The notes: generated from the letters alone by a model not told the origin. DNA of 64,000 nt from Burkholderiaceae bacterium (GCA_048500255.1 JASNYH010000006.1:133352-197351); one strand, 5' to 3'. Shown: positions 1 through 8,901, counted from the first letter of the stretch. Made by a program: numbers and translations.

Positions 1-321
1 GCCGACGGCAGGATCGGTGCCGAAGGCTCGGTTGGTGCACGCGACGCCGCCTTGCGCGACGCCCGTCACGTACGACGTCGCGGTGCCGTAGCGCACCTGG
101 CGACGACCCGAGAAGTTGCAGTTCTGGTGTTCGCGCGCGCACTGCGACCAGGTGACGGCCATCGCCGACTCGCGCGGCGCGTCGTCGGCAGCGATCGCCA
201 AGGGCATCGGAGCCGCGATGTCGACGGCGTCGCCGTCACCACCGCCGCCACAACCGGCGCCGATCGCGGCCACCGCCATGCACAGGCTGGCGAGCTGGGG
301 CGACGGACGACTCGTTGCCAT
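1..321 (-). CDS. putative lipoprotein, N-terminal fragment (gene continues past the window start)
   Basis: Minus-strand ATG at 319-321, open to position 1 (107 codons). It has no stop in the window, so it is absent from the ORF track. Translation MATSRPSPQLASLCMAVAAIGAGCGGGGDG... has a signal peptide with a lipobox-like AIGAGC. Third codon positions are strongly GC-biased, as in other genes here. Function unknown. Confidence 0.5.
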   Translation of the reverse strand, partial: MATSRPSPQLASLCMAVAAIGAGCGGGGDGDAVDIAAPMPLAIAADDAPRESAMAVTWSQCAREHQNCNFSGRRQVRYGTATSYVTGVAQGGVACTNRAFGTDPAVG

Positions 322-503
322 GGCCGTTCTCCGACAGCGCCGGATCCTTCGACCGTCGGTCGACCCCACGGACCTTCGCGTGAGGCAAGCTTAGGCGCAC
401 TCCGCGCGAAGTCCAGCGCGTTCGGCGTCGAGGCGAGGTGACGCGGTGCAGCAGCGCCGCATGCGCATCGGCCGATGGCCGCTGCCCTGCGCCCCGTTCG
501 GCC

Positions 504-911
504 TCAACGCCGCGCCGGGATCGAATAGGTGCCCACGGCGTGCGCCACCGGATCGTCGATGCCCTCGGAATAGAGCGTCACTTCGCCGACCGCCAGGCGC
601 TGGCCGACCTTGAGCAGGCGGCACTCGCCGATCACGCGCCGATCGGCCGAGGGCTTGCGCAGGAAGTTGATGTTCAGGCTCGTCGTCACGGCCAGCGGCA
701 CGATGCCGATCTCGCCGAAGATGGCGACGTACAGCGCCACGTCGGCCACCGTCATCAGCACCGGCCCCGAGACCGTGCCGCCGGGGCGCAGCTCGGCCTC
801 GCCGATCTCGTGCACCACCGTCGCGCCGCGTCCGCCGACGCGCTCGATCGTCACCTTGGTCTGCGGAAACTCGGCCCGGATGAAGGCCGCCACTTCGTCG
901 GTCGTGACCAC
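504..911 (-). CDS. hotdog-fold (PaaI/4HBT-like) thioesterase family protein
   Basis: 135-aa ORF with a GTG start at 911 preceded by GAGGAG. The sequence pattern (..GTVSGPVLMTVADVALYVA.., C-terminal beta-rich part) resembles PaaI-type thioesterases. Family call is from memory, not a search. Confidence 0.7.
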   Translation of the reverse strand: MVTTDEVAAFIRAEFPQTKVTIERVGGRGATVVHEIGEAELRPGGTVSGPVLMTVADVALYVAIFGEIGIVPLAVTTSLNINFLRKPSADRRVIGECRLLKVGQRLAVGEVTLYSEGIDDPVAHAVGTYSIPARR

Positions 912-956
912 GCTGCTCCTCGTTCGATGTCGGATCGGCGCGATGCTAACCGGGGC

Positions 957-1241
957 TCACTCCTTGCCGCGCGGCGGCGCGTCGAGCACGACGACGACGC
1001 CGAAGGCGCCGACCGACGCGACGCGATCGCCCACCGTGGTGTACGACGCGACGCCCAGTGGATGGTAGGTCGACGTGAACACCTGCAGCGCGCCGAAGCC
1101 GAGCGCGCCGGCGATCGGGCTGCGCTCGGTGACGGCCGCCTTGATGCGCTCGCGATGGCGCTCGGGCGAGGGATTGGTCAACGCGGCCGCCGCGACGAGC
1201 GCGGCCGCGACGGCGATGAAAGCGAGCAGGCGGCGCGACAT
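957..1241 (-). CDS. hypothetical small protein with N-terminal signal/anchor
   Basis: 94-aa ORF with an ATG start. Hydrophobic N-terminus MSRRLLAFIAVAAALVAAAAL. Coding-like GC3 bias. No family recognised with confidence. Confidence 0.5.
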   Translation of the reverse strand: MSRRLLAFIAVAAALVAAAALTNPSPERHRERIKAAVTERSPIAGALGFGALQVFTSTYHPLGVASYTTVGDRVASVGAFGVVVVLDAPPRGKE

Positions 1242-1300
1242 GCCCGCGATGATGCCCGCAAAACACAGGCCCGCGCCGCAGCCGGCGCGCGCCGCGCTCG

Positions 1301-1723
1301 TCAGCCCGTCTTCAGCCCGACTGCCTGCACGCCGACGATGCAGATCGCTTCGTCCTCGTCACCGGTGCCGCCGCTGGCGCCGACGGCGCCGAGCACGCGA
1401 CCGGCGTCGTCCTGGATCAGCACGGCGCCGGTCTGCGGGATGAAGCGACCCTGCCCCGTCGACGCCAGTGCGCCGAAGAAGGCCGGCAGGTCCTTGGCGC
1501 GCTGCGTCAGCACGCGCGAGGCCGCGCCCATCGCGATCGACGCCCAGGCCTTGCCGGCGGCGATGTCGATGCGGAACATGCTGGCGCCGTCCTGGCGCTG
1601 CGCCGACTTGATGTGACCGCCCTCGTCGAGCACGACGACGGCCATCGGCCGGTAGCCCGCGGATGTGGAATGCGCGAGCGCGGCGTCGATGATGCGGTTG
1701 GCCTGGGCGAGCGGGAGCGACAT
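1301..1723 (-). CDS. GlcG/HbpS-like (DUF336) heme-binding family protein
   Basis: C-terminal 140 codons of the 525-aa track ORF, starting at ATG 1721-1723 (MSLPLAQANRIIDAALAH...). Typical GlcG pattern: ..AVVVLDEGGH.., ..IDIAAGKAWA.., ..GASGGTGDEDE... The upstream part of the track ORF is Arg/Ala-rich read-through. Confidence 0.8.
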   Translation of the reverse strand: MSLPLAQANRIIDAALAHSTSAGYRPMAVVVLDEGGHIKSAQRQDGASMFRIDIAAGKAWASIAMGAASRVLTQRAKDLPAFFGALASTGQGRFIPQTGAVLIQDDAGRVLGAVGASGGTGDEDEAICIVGVQAVGLKTG

Positions 1724-1758
1724 GGCTGCATCCTCCGGATCGGATCGTCGGCGCGGCT

Positions 1759-2487
1759 TCAGCCGCCTCTTGCGCCGGCGCGCCGGCCGGCCGCCGCCGG
1801 CTTGTCGCGCCGGCGTGCAGACCGGCACGGCGGCGCCGGCGTGACCCGGCGCCGCGACGCCGGTGCGGCTGTCACGCGCATCAGCGCCGGCGCCGCCGTG
1901 GCCGGCGGCGACGCAGCCGCGACGCGCGAGCGGCGCCAGGCGAGCGCCGCGGCGAGCATGCGCTGGCCGTCGCTGCCGCGCGCCGGCCAGCCGTTGAAGC
2001 CGATCAGCAGGCCGTTGACGGCAGTGAAGACGGCGGCACCGTCGTGCCAGTGCGGCGTCGCCGCACCCGGCGACCACGGCTGCACGAACAGCAGCACGCC
2101 GGCCGAAGCGGCGAGCAGCACGCACTGGCCGGCGACGCCGGCGGCGCTGTAGGCGAGCTCGTGCGCCGGAGACTCGGCGCGCTCGGCCACGCAGCAGCCC
2201 CCGCCCGCGGCGAACACGACGCCGTGCACCTCGAGCGACAGCCAGCGCGCGACGACGGCGTGGCCTGCCTCGTGGACGACGACGAGCGCCGCCACGGCGA
2301 CGAGGCTCCATGCGAACAGCGCCGCGGCGAAGCCGGCATCGCCCGCGGCCCACCACAGCGCCGCGCAGCCGATCGGCAGGCCGAGCCCGAGCCCCACCGC
2401 CGGGAACGACCAGTGCACGAAGACCGGCACCCGTGCCAGCCGCAGGCGCCATGCCTTGGCGCGGTCGTCGGGCAGCAGCGGGTGCAT
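1759..2487 (-). CDS. small M50/site-2-protease-like membrane metalloprotease
   Basis: 242 aa, several hydrophobic segments. HEAGH zinc motif within a hydrophobic helix, and a downstream FNGWPARGSDG resembling the S2P NxxPxxxxDG motif. Basic, disordered C-terminal tail. Confidence 0.6.
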   Translation of the reverse strand: MHPLLPDDRAKAWRLRLARVPVFVHWSFPAVGLGLGLPIGCAALWWAAGDAGFAAALFAWSLVAVAALVVVHEAGHAVVARWLSLEVHGVVFAAGGGCCVAERAESPAHELAYSAAGVAGQCVLLAASAGVLLFVQPWSPGAATPHWHDGAAVFTAVNGLLIGFNGWPARGSDGQRMLAAALAWRRSRVAAASPPATAAPALMRVTAAPASRRRVTPAPPCRSARRRDKPAAAGRRAGARGG

Positions 2488-2520
2488 CGGGGGTCCGGTC
2501 AGAGGGTCGTGTCGTGTGCG

Positions 2521-2970
2521 TCAGCCGGGAATCTCGGGCTCGACGACGTGCGCCAGGAGCCGCAGCGATTCCTGCCAGCCAAGATAGCACTGCTCGACCG
2601 GAATCGCGCCGGGGATACCCTCCTGCACGATGGCAAGCTCCGTGCCGCACGACACCGGCTCGAGCGTGACGGTCGTCTGCATCTCGCCCGGCAGGCCGAG
2701 CGCATCGTCGAACACCGCCGTGTAGCGCAGCCGCTCGCCCGGCACGAGCTCGAGATAGCGCCCGCTGAAGCCATGGCCATGGCCGGTCGAGAAGTTGGTG
2801 AACGACATGCGGTAGTGGCCGCCGACGCGCGCGTCGAGCTCGTGCACATGGCCGACGAAGCCGTGCGGCGGCAGCCATTTGCAGAAGGCGGCCGGATCGA
2901 CGAAGGCGCGGTAGACGCGCTCGGGCGGCGCGGTCAGGACGCGGTGCAGGCGGACGGTGCCGGTGGTCAT
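2521..2970 (-). CDS. SRPBCC (AHSA1/START-like) domain protein
   Basis: 149 codons from ATG 2968-2970 (MTTGTVRLHRVLTAPPERVYRAFVDPAAFCKW...), the typical N-terminus of Aha1/SRPBCC proteins. The rest of the 216-aa track ORF is an upstream extension. Confidence 0.8.
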   Translation of the reverse strand: MTTGTVRLHRVLTAPPERVYRAFVDPAAFCKWLPPHGFVGHVHELDARVGGHYRMSFTNFSTGHGHGFSGRYLELVPGERLRYTAVFDDALGLPGEMQTTVTLEPVSCGTELAIVQEGIPGAIPVEQCYLGWQESLRLLAHVVEPEIPG

Positions 2971-3079
2971 GGTGTGTCCCTTCGATGGTTCAGGCGGTTG
3001 ACGAGGACGACCCTCGTCCTGCACGACGAACGGCGCGGGCCGATTTCGACACGCGGGCCCCTGCCGCTGGCCGCTGCCG

Positions 3080-3481
3080 CTACAGATGCGAGACGTGGGC
3101 CGGCGCCTCGCCCCAGCGGTCGTGCAGCCCGTCGACGTAGGTGATCGACAGCCGCGACAGCGCTTCGTCACTCACGTCGTCGAGGCAGCCGAGGTTGACG
3201 CCGACCATGCGGCCGATCGGCGTGTCGGTGCCGACGCCGAAGGCGCGCACGCCGCAGTGGCGGCAGAACCAGTGCTCGTTCTTGCGCTTGTTGAACAGGT
3301 ACTTCGTCAACTCGCCTTCGCCGGCCAGCAGCCGGAAGCCGCTCTCGCGAGCCACCGCCGGCCAGAAGCGCGTGCGCCGGCAGATCGAGCAGTTGCAGCG
3401 GTAGGTGCTCTGCGTCAGGTCGAGGTCGGCCTCGAAGCGCACGGCGCCACAGTGGCAGCTGCCGCGGTAGGTCTCGAGCAT
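3080..3481 (-). CDS. GFA family (glutathione-dependent formaldehyde-activating-like) Cys-rich zinc protein
   Basis: 133 codons from ATG 3479-3481. GSCHCGAVRFE..., CNCSICRR..., FCRHCG cysteine pattern characteristic of the GFA/CENP-V fold. Confidence 0.8.
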   Translation of the reverse strand: MLETYRGSCHCGAVRFEADLDLTQSTYRCNCSICRRTRFWPAVARESGFRLLAGEGELTKYLFNKRKNEHWFCRHCGVRAFGVGTDTPIGRMVGVNLGCLDDVSDEALSRLSITYVDGLHDRWGEAPAHVSHL

Positions 3482-3500
3482 GGTGCGTCGTCTCCCGTCG

Positions 3501-3989
3501 TCAGTGGTCGTCGTTCGTGATGTCGATGTCGAAGTGGTACACGTCTTCGCGCACGCCGAGTTTGCTGTAGAGCGCGATCGCCGCATCGTCGCCGGGGTCG
3601 GCCTGTACGAACACGACCCAGACACCGCGCGCCGCCACCGCCCGCTTTGCCTCGCCGATCAGCGCCGTGGCGATGCCGCGCCGCCGGTGCGCCGCGTCGA
3701 CGGCCAGGTCGTAGATGTAGAACTCGGCCCGCGCCTGCTCGAACTTGGGCAGCACATAGCCGGCGAGCGCGCCGACCAGCGCCGGACCCGACCACGCGCC
3801 GACGGCGACGAAGGTGTCGCGAGCCAGCAGCTGCGCGAGATAGGCATCGCCGGGCTGGCGCGCCGTGTAAGTGGCCTCGTCGCCGAACTCGCGGCCGAAC
3901 AGCGCGAGCATGTCGCGCAGCGCGGGCACGTCGTCATCGCGCGCCGCGCAGCCGAGCGTGCGGACGCAAAACGGCTCGGTCATCGACAC
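3501..3989 (-). CDS. aminoglycoside 3-N-acetyltransferase, AAC(3)-I-like (GNAT)
   Basis: 162-aa ORF (GTG at 3989, alternative ATG at 3983). Full-length resemblance by eye to AAC(3)-Ia as I recall it: LFGREFGD.ATY, VGALA.YVLPKFEQ.R.E.YIYDLAV, HRR.GIATALI, VQAD.GDD.A.ALY.KLG.RE.V.HFDID. Confidence 0.85.
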   Translation of the reverse strand: MSMTEPFCVRTLGCAARDDDVPALRDMLALFGREFGDEATYTARQPGDAYLAQLLARDTFVAVGAWSGPALVGALAGYVLPKFEQARAEFYIYDLAVDAAHRRRGIATALIGEAKRAVAARGVWVVFVQADPGDDAAIALYSKLGVREDVYHFDIDITNDDH

Positions 3990-4017
3990 CGCCGCGACGC
4001 GGGCGCCGGCGCCGCGT

Positions 4018-4332
4018 TCAGAACGACCTCTTGCCGCTCACCGTCTCCCACCACAGCTTCCAGTCGCCCATGAAGCTGTACAGCGGGTACTTGAAGGTCG
4101 CCGGCTTGTTGTGCTCGAAGAAGAAGTGCCCGACCCACGCGAACGCATAGCCCTGCACCAGCGCGATCAGGACGAGCGACCAGTGCTGCGTAACGATCGC
4201 AGCGACGAGCAGCACGACGGCGATGCTCGTGCCGATGAAGTGCAAGCGGCGCGAGGTGCGGTTGGTGTGCTCGCACAGGTAGAACGGATAGAAGGCGTCG
4301 AAGGTCTGGTAGCGGTCGGGGGTCGTGCTCAT
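4018..4332 (-). CDS. DUF962 (Mpo1/YGL010w-like) membrane protein
   Basis: 104 codons from ATG 4330-4332. YPFYLCEHTNRTSRRLHFIGT...WVGHFFFEHNKPATFKYPLYS matches the DUF962 pattern. Confidence 0.75.
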   Translation of the reverse strand: MSTTPDRYQTFDAFYPFYLCEHTNRTSRRLHFIGTSIAVVLLVAAIVTQHWSLVLIALVQGYAFAWVGHFFFEHNKPATFKYPLYSFMGDWKLWWETVSGKRSF

Positions 4333-4515
4333 GCGGCTCTCCTCGCGGTACTTGAACCCGGTCCGATCACCGAAGGTATCGCATCCGGCGGCCCAGCGCT
4401 TGCGCGAATCGCAGGCTGGCGTGGTCATTGGCGTGAGTCGCGAACCGCGGGAGCATCCGCTCCACGGAGGAGTGGCCGCCATCACAACGAGGTCCACCGT
4501 GCCGCCGCCTCGACC

Positions 4516-5004
4516 TCACCGCCTTACAGCAACGAACTCCCCCGTCAACCGCGCCCCGGCCTGCCCCGCGTCGTCGAGCAGCGTGGCGTCGACGACGATG
4601 CGCGCGCGGCCCTTGCGCTCGAGCGCGTCGACGAACTCCTGCCACGCATCGGTGCCCGCCGCGAACGCGGCGCGCGCCGTCACGCGACCCGTGATCGGCC
4701 GCAGGTAGGTCATCTGGTGCCGGTGCACGACCAGGCTGCCGGCGACGTGCTCGGCCTGCATGCGCGTGTGCAGCAGCGACCACACGGCGATCAATGCGAG
4801 CGCGGCACCGCTGCCGCCGAACAGCGTGCCGTGCACGTTGATGTTGGGCTCGAGCGGCGCGCTGACGGCGACGCCGTCGGCGCCGACCTCGTCGACGCTC
4901 ACCTGCATGAAGGCAGCGAGCGGGATGTGTTCGCGCAGGTAAGCCTCGTGCGACCGACGCACGTCGTCGCTCGATGCGTCCACCGCGTCGTCCTGCGTCG
5001 TCAT
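4516..5004 (-). CDS. YiiD C-terminal-domain-like hotdog thioesterase
   Basis: 162 codons from ATG 5002-5004. ..IPLAAFMQVSV..., ..NVHGTLFGGS..., ..YLRPITG.. resemble the YiiD_C putative thioesterase domain. The start overlaps the waaA stop (ATGA at 5001-5004). Confidence 0.7.
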   Translation of the reverse strand: MTTQDDAVDASSDDVRRSHEAYLREHIPLAAFMQVSVDEVGADGVAVSAPLEPNINVHGTLFGGSGAALALIAVWSLLHTRMQAEHVAGSLVVHRHQMTYLRPITGRVTARAAFAAGTDAWQEFVDALERKGRARIVVDATLLDDAGQAGARLTGEFVAVRR

Positions 5005-6380
5005 CGCATCATCGCCTCGCTGTCGGATGCCGCCGTGGCCACTTCGGCGATGCGCCGCGCCATGCGCGCCGCCGCGCCGCGGTGCTGCGCGGCGAAGTCC
5101 AGCGCATGGCGCGCCATCCCGGCGTTGGCGCCGGGGCGCGCGAGCGCGATCGCCTCGCGCACGCCTTCGGCGACGTCGGCCACGCGCAGCGCGGCGCCGG
5201 CGGCGATGGCGAGCTCGGCCGCCTCGGCAAAGTTGTAGGTGTGCGGCCCCATCACGACGGGCGTGCCGCAGGCCGCGGCCTCGATCAGGTTCTGGCCGCC
5301 GAGCGGCGCGAAGCTGCCGCCGAGCAGCGCGGCGTCGGCGGCGGCGTAGTAGGCCGCCATCTCGCCCATCGAGTCGCCGAGCCACACGTCGGCGGCGAGC
5401 GCACCGGCGTCGGGCGCGTCGCCGGCCCAACGGCTGCGCCGCGCCATCGACAGGCCGCTCTGCGCCACCAGCGCCGCCACCTCGTCGAAGCGCTGCGGAT
5501 GGCGCGGCACGACGAGCAGGCGCGGCGGCGCGGGCGCCGCGTCGACGGCATCGCCGGCCGCCGGCGGCACGGCGCGCCGCCACGCGTCGAGCAGCGGCCC
5601 CTCCTCGCCTTCGCGCGTGCTCGCGGCCAGCACGATGGCGCGCGCGCCGCTCGCCGCGCGCCAGGCGCGGCCGCGCTCGCGCTGCGCGGCATCGGGCGTC
5701 ATGTCGAACTTGAGGTTGCCGCAGACCTCAACGGCGCGCGCGCCGGCGGCGCGCAGCCGCGCGGCGTCGGCCTCGGTCTGCGCCAGCACGAGCGCGAGGC
5801 TCTCGACGGCCGGGCGCATCACGGCGTGCAGCCGCTCGCCCTTGCGCGCGCTTTTCTCGGACAACCGCGCGTTGGCCAGCACGACGCGCATGCCGGCCTC
5901 CCGCGCGGCGTGCAGCAGATTGGGCCAGACCTCGGTTTCCATCAGCACGCCGACGGCCGGGCGGAATTCGTCCAAGAAGCGGCGCACGGCGCCTGCCGTG
6001 TCGTACGGCAGCCAGACCTGGCGGTCGCCGGCGCGCAGCAGCGACGCGCCCGCCTCGCGGCCGGTGGCGGTGCCGCAGGTCAGCAACAGCCGCATGCCGG
6101 GGCGCGCAGCGCGCAGCGCCTCGACGAGCGCGGCGGCGGCGCGCGTCTCGCCGAGCGAGACGGCGTGCAGCCAGATCCAGCCGCCGCCATCCGGCTGCGC
6201 GGGCCGATAGCGGCCGAGCCGCTCGCCGATCGCATGGCGATACAGCGGCTCGGCGCGGCCGCGCAGCCACAGCTTGAGCAGGTAGGCCGGCGTCGCCAGC
6301 GCGAGCAACGTCGAGTAGGCGCGCAGCGCCAGCGCCTGCCGCCAGGTGGTCGGCGCCGGCGCCTGCGTCGCGGTGGGCAT
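5001..6380 (-). CDS. waaA: 3-deoxy-D-manno-octulosonic acid (Kdo) transferase
   Basis: C-terminal 459 codons of the 858-aa track ORF. LHAVSLGETRAA, METEVWPNL, VPRHPQRF and GGQNLIEAAA parallel E. coli WaaA motifs (HSVSVGET, METELWPNL, VPRHPERF, GGHNPLEAAA). Start placed at ATG 6380, with an alternative ATG at 6440. Confidence 0.9.
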   Translation of the reverse strand: MPTATQAPAPTTWRQALALRAYSTLLALATPAYLLKLWLRGRAEPLYRHAIGERLGRYRPAQPDGGGWIWLHAVSLGETRAAAALVEALRAARPGMRLLLTCGTATGREAGASLLRAGDRQVWLPYDTAGAVRRFLDEFRPAVGVLMETEVWPNLLHAAREAGMRVVLANARLSEKSARKGERLHAVMRPAVESLALVLAQTEADAARLRAAGARAVEVCGNLKFDMTPDAAQRERGRAWRAASGARAIVLAASTREGEEGPLLDAWRRAVPPAAGDAVDAAPAPPRLLVVPRHPQRFDEVAALVAQSGLSMARRSRWAGDAPDAGALAADVWLGDSMGEMAAYYAAADAALLGGSFAPLGGQNLIEAAACGTPVVMGPHTYNFAEAAELAIAAGAALRVADVAEGVREAIALARPGANAGMARHALDFAAQHRGAAARMARRIAEVATAASDSEAMMR

Positions 6381-6466
6381 CCCCGTCGGCTGCGAGGCGC
6401 GCCCCGCTGCCTCGCGCTCGTGCTGCTGCATCGGCTGCATCGTCGTGCCGGCGCGCGACCGCGGCG

Positions 6467-7483
6467 TCAGCGCCCCGCCAGTCGCGGCGGCACCAGCACC
6501 TCGCGGCACGCCGCCCACACGGCGTCGGGCGTCGGGTGCGGGCTGGCCTGCACGGCGATCTGGTGACGGTGGCCGTGCGCGGCCTGCGGGCCGGTGCGCC
6601 ACGCCGTCTGCGCGTTGTGGATCTGCACGTGCGGCAGGTCGAGCGCGACGGCGAGCCGGCTCAGGCCGCTGTCGGTGCCGATCACGCCGACCATCGTCGC
6701 GAAGCGGTCGACGACCGTATCCAGGCGCAGCGTGGGCCACACCTCGACCTGCGGGTCGCGCTCGAACTGCAGCGCCGCGGCGATCAGCTCGGCGCGCGTC
6801 TGTTCGGCCTCGCCCCCCTGCGGAAGCGCGATGCGCCAGCCGTCGCCGAGCAGGCGCTTGCCCAACGTCACCCAGTGCGCGTCGGGCCACAGCCGGCCCT
6901 CGTGCGACGCGCCGTGCACCAGCGCGACGGTCGGCGCGCGGTCGCGCGCCGCGGCGTCGGGCGTGGTCTGCAGGCCGTGGCGCGGCGGGCCCTGCACCGC
7001 ATGGCCGAGCGCCTGCGCGACGACGCCGCGCGCGAGGTCGATGGCGTGCACGCGCGCCGGCACGGCGATCGGATGCTCGACCCACCAGCGCGCGGCGCGC
7101 TCCCACGCCGCGCCCTCCGTGGCGTTGCCGATGCCGCAGCGCCGCCCACCCGACGCGAGCCGCGCAGCGCGCGCCACCCAGGCCGATTCGGCGCGGCCGT
7201 GCAGGTCGATCACGGCGTCGTAGGGCTCGGCCTGCAGCTGCGCGCGCAGCGCCTTGAACTCGCCGCGCACGCGCGAGGTCCACCAGCCCTGGCGCCAGCG
7301 CGCCAGCGGCGCGGCGTGCGCCCGCGCGACGTGCGCGACGCGCCGCACCAGCGGCACGTAGGCCGGCTCGACGACCCACTCGATGCGCGCGCCGGCATGC
7401 GCGGCGGCGATGTCCTGCACCGCCGGCATGGCGTGCACGACGTCGCCGAGCGACGACGGCTGGACGATCAGGATGCGCAGCAC
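6467..7483 (-). CDS. waaC: lipopolysaccharide heptosyltransferase I
   Basis: C-terminal 338 codons of the 1121-aa track ORF. (V)LRILIVQPSSLGDVVHAMPA.., ARWRQGWW, YDAVIDLHG and GTDSGLSRLAVAL parallel E. coli RfaC (MRVLIVKTSSMGDVLH, RRWRKAWF, YDAVIDAQG, SVDTGLSHL). GTG start at 7483 is inferred because there is no in-frame ATG nearby. Confidence 0.85.
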   Translation of the reverse strand: MLRILIVQPSSLGDVVHAMPAVQDIAAAHAGARIEWVVEPAYVPLVRRVAHVARAHAAPLARWRQGWWTSRVRGEFKALRAQLQAEPYDAVIDLHGRAESAWVARAARLASGGRRCGIGNATEGAAWERAARWWVEHPIAVPARVHAIDLARGVVAQALGHAVQGPPRHGLQTTPDAAARDRAPTVALVHGASHEGRLWPDAHWVTLGKRLLGDGWRIALPQGGEAEQTRAELIAAALQFERDPQVEVWPTLRLDTVVDRFATMVGVIGTDSGLSRLAVALDLPHVQIHNAQTAWRTGPQAAHGHRHQIAVQASPHPTPDAVWAACREVLVPPRLAGR

Positions 7484-7509
7484 GGCCGGCGCGACTGCGC
7501 TCGCGTGGA

Positions 7510-8901
7510 TCAGTGGGCCGCCGCGCCGACGTGGGCGTCGGGCTTGACGGACTCGAGCACCGCCAGGAACTGCGCACGGATGCGCTCGAGCGCCTCGGGC
7601 GTGTGGCCCTCGAAGCGCAGCACGAGCACCGGCGTCGTGTTCGACGCGCGGATCAGGCCGAAGCCGTCCGGATACTCGGCGCGCAGGCCGTCGATGGTGA
7701 TCACTTCGCTCGCGCCGGGAAACTCGGCCGTCTCGCGCAGCCGCTCGATGATGCGCGCCGGCTCGCCCTCGGCGCAGGCGACGTTGAGCTCGGGCGTGTT
7801 GTACGAGGTCGGCAGCTTGTTGAGCACTTCGCTCGGATCCTTGGCTCGCGACAGGATCTCGAGCAGCCGCGCCGCCGTGTAGGTGGCGTCGTCGAAGCCG
7901 TACCAGCGCTCCTTGAAGAAGACGTGGCCGCTCATCTCGCCGGCCAAGGGCGCGCCCGTCTCCTTGAGCTTGGCCTTGATCAGCGAGTGACCCGTCTTCC
8001 ACATCAGCGGCTTGCCGCCGGCGGCGCGGATCAGCGGTGCGAGGCGCTGCGTGCACTTGACGTCGAAGATGATCGGCGCACCCTTGTTGCGCTTCAACAC
8101 GTCGATCGCGAACAGCATGAGCTGGCGGTCGGGGTAGATGATCTGGCCATCCTTGGTGACGACGCCGAGGCGGTCGCCGTCGCCGTCGAAGGCCAGGCCG
8201 ATCTCGGCGTCCGTCGTCTGCACGGTGCGGATCAGGTCGGCCAGGTTCTCGGGCTTGCTCGGGTCGGGGTGGTGGTGCGGGAAGTCGCCGTCGACCTCGC
8301 TGTAGAGCTCGATCACGTTGCAGCCGAGGGCGCGCAGCACGCCCGGCGCCGACGCGCCGCAGATGCCGTTGCCCGAGTCGACGGCGATCGTCATCGGGCG
8401 CGCGAGGGTGCAGTCGCTCGCGATGCGGTGCTCGTATTCGGCGCCGATGTCCATGCGGCCGAGGCGCCCGTTGCCGTGCGCATAGTGCTCCGTCTCGATG
8501 CGCCGGCGCAGCGCCTGGATCTCGTCGCCGTAGATGGCGCGGCCGGCGAGCACCATCTTGAAGCCGTTGTAGTCCTTGGGGTTGTGGCTGCCCGTGACCT
8601 GGATGCCGCTCTGGCAGCCGTATTCGCCGCGCGTCGCGGCGGCGTAGTAGAGCATCGGCGTCGTCACCATGCCGAGGTCGACGACGTCCAGCCCCGTCGA
8701 CTCGAGGCCGCGCGCAAGCGCCGCGACGAGCCCCGGCCCCGACAGCCGCCCGTCGCGCCCGACGACGACGGCCTGCTCGCCGGCGTTGCGCGCCTCGGTG
8801 CCGAAGGCGCGGCCGAGGTGCTCGGCCACGGCTTCGTCGAGCGTCTTGCCGACGATGCCGCGCACGTCGTAGGCCTTGAAGATGGATGCGTCGACTCGCA
8901 T
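7510..8901 (-). CDS. algC: phosphomannomutase/phosphoglucomutase
   Basis: 463 aa. Near-collinear with P. aeruginosa AlgC as I recall it: IF(K/R)AYD(V/I)RG, TGSHNP active-site serine loop, GLAFDGDGDR, GEMSGH, RASNTTPVLVLRFE. AGGAG lies upstream of the ATG. Confidence 0.93.
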   Translation of the reverse strand: MRVDASIFKAYDVRGIVGKTLDEAVAEHLGRAFGTEARNAGEQAVVVGRDGRLSGPGLVAALARGLESTGLDVVDLGMVTTPMLYYAAATRGEYGCQSGIQVTGSHNPKDYNGFKMVLAGRAIYGDEIQALRRRIETEHYAHGNGRLGRMDIGAEYEHRIASDCTLARPMTIAVDSGNGICGASAPGVLRALGCNVIELYSEVDGDFPHHHPDPSKPENLADLIRTVQTTDAEIGLAFDGDGDRLGVVTKDGQIIYPDRQLMLFAIDVLKRNKGAPIIFDVKCTQRLAPLIRAAGGKPLMWKTGHSLIKAKLKETGAPLAGEMSGHVFFKERWYGFDDATYTAARLLEILSRAKDPSEVLNKLPTSYNTPELNVACAEGEPARIIERLRETAEFPGASEVITIDGLRAEYPDGFGLIRASNTTPVLVLRFEGHTPEALERIRAQFLAVLESVKPDAHVGAAAH

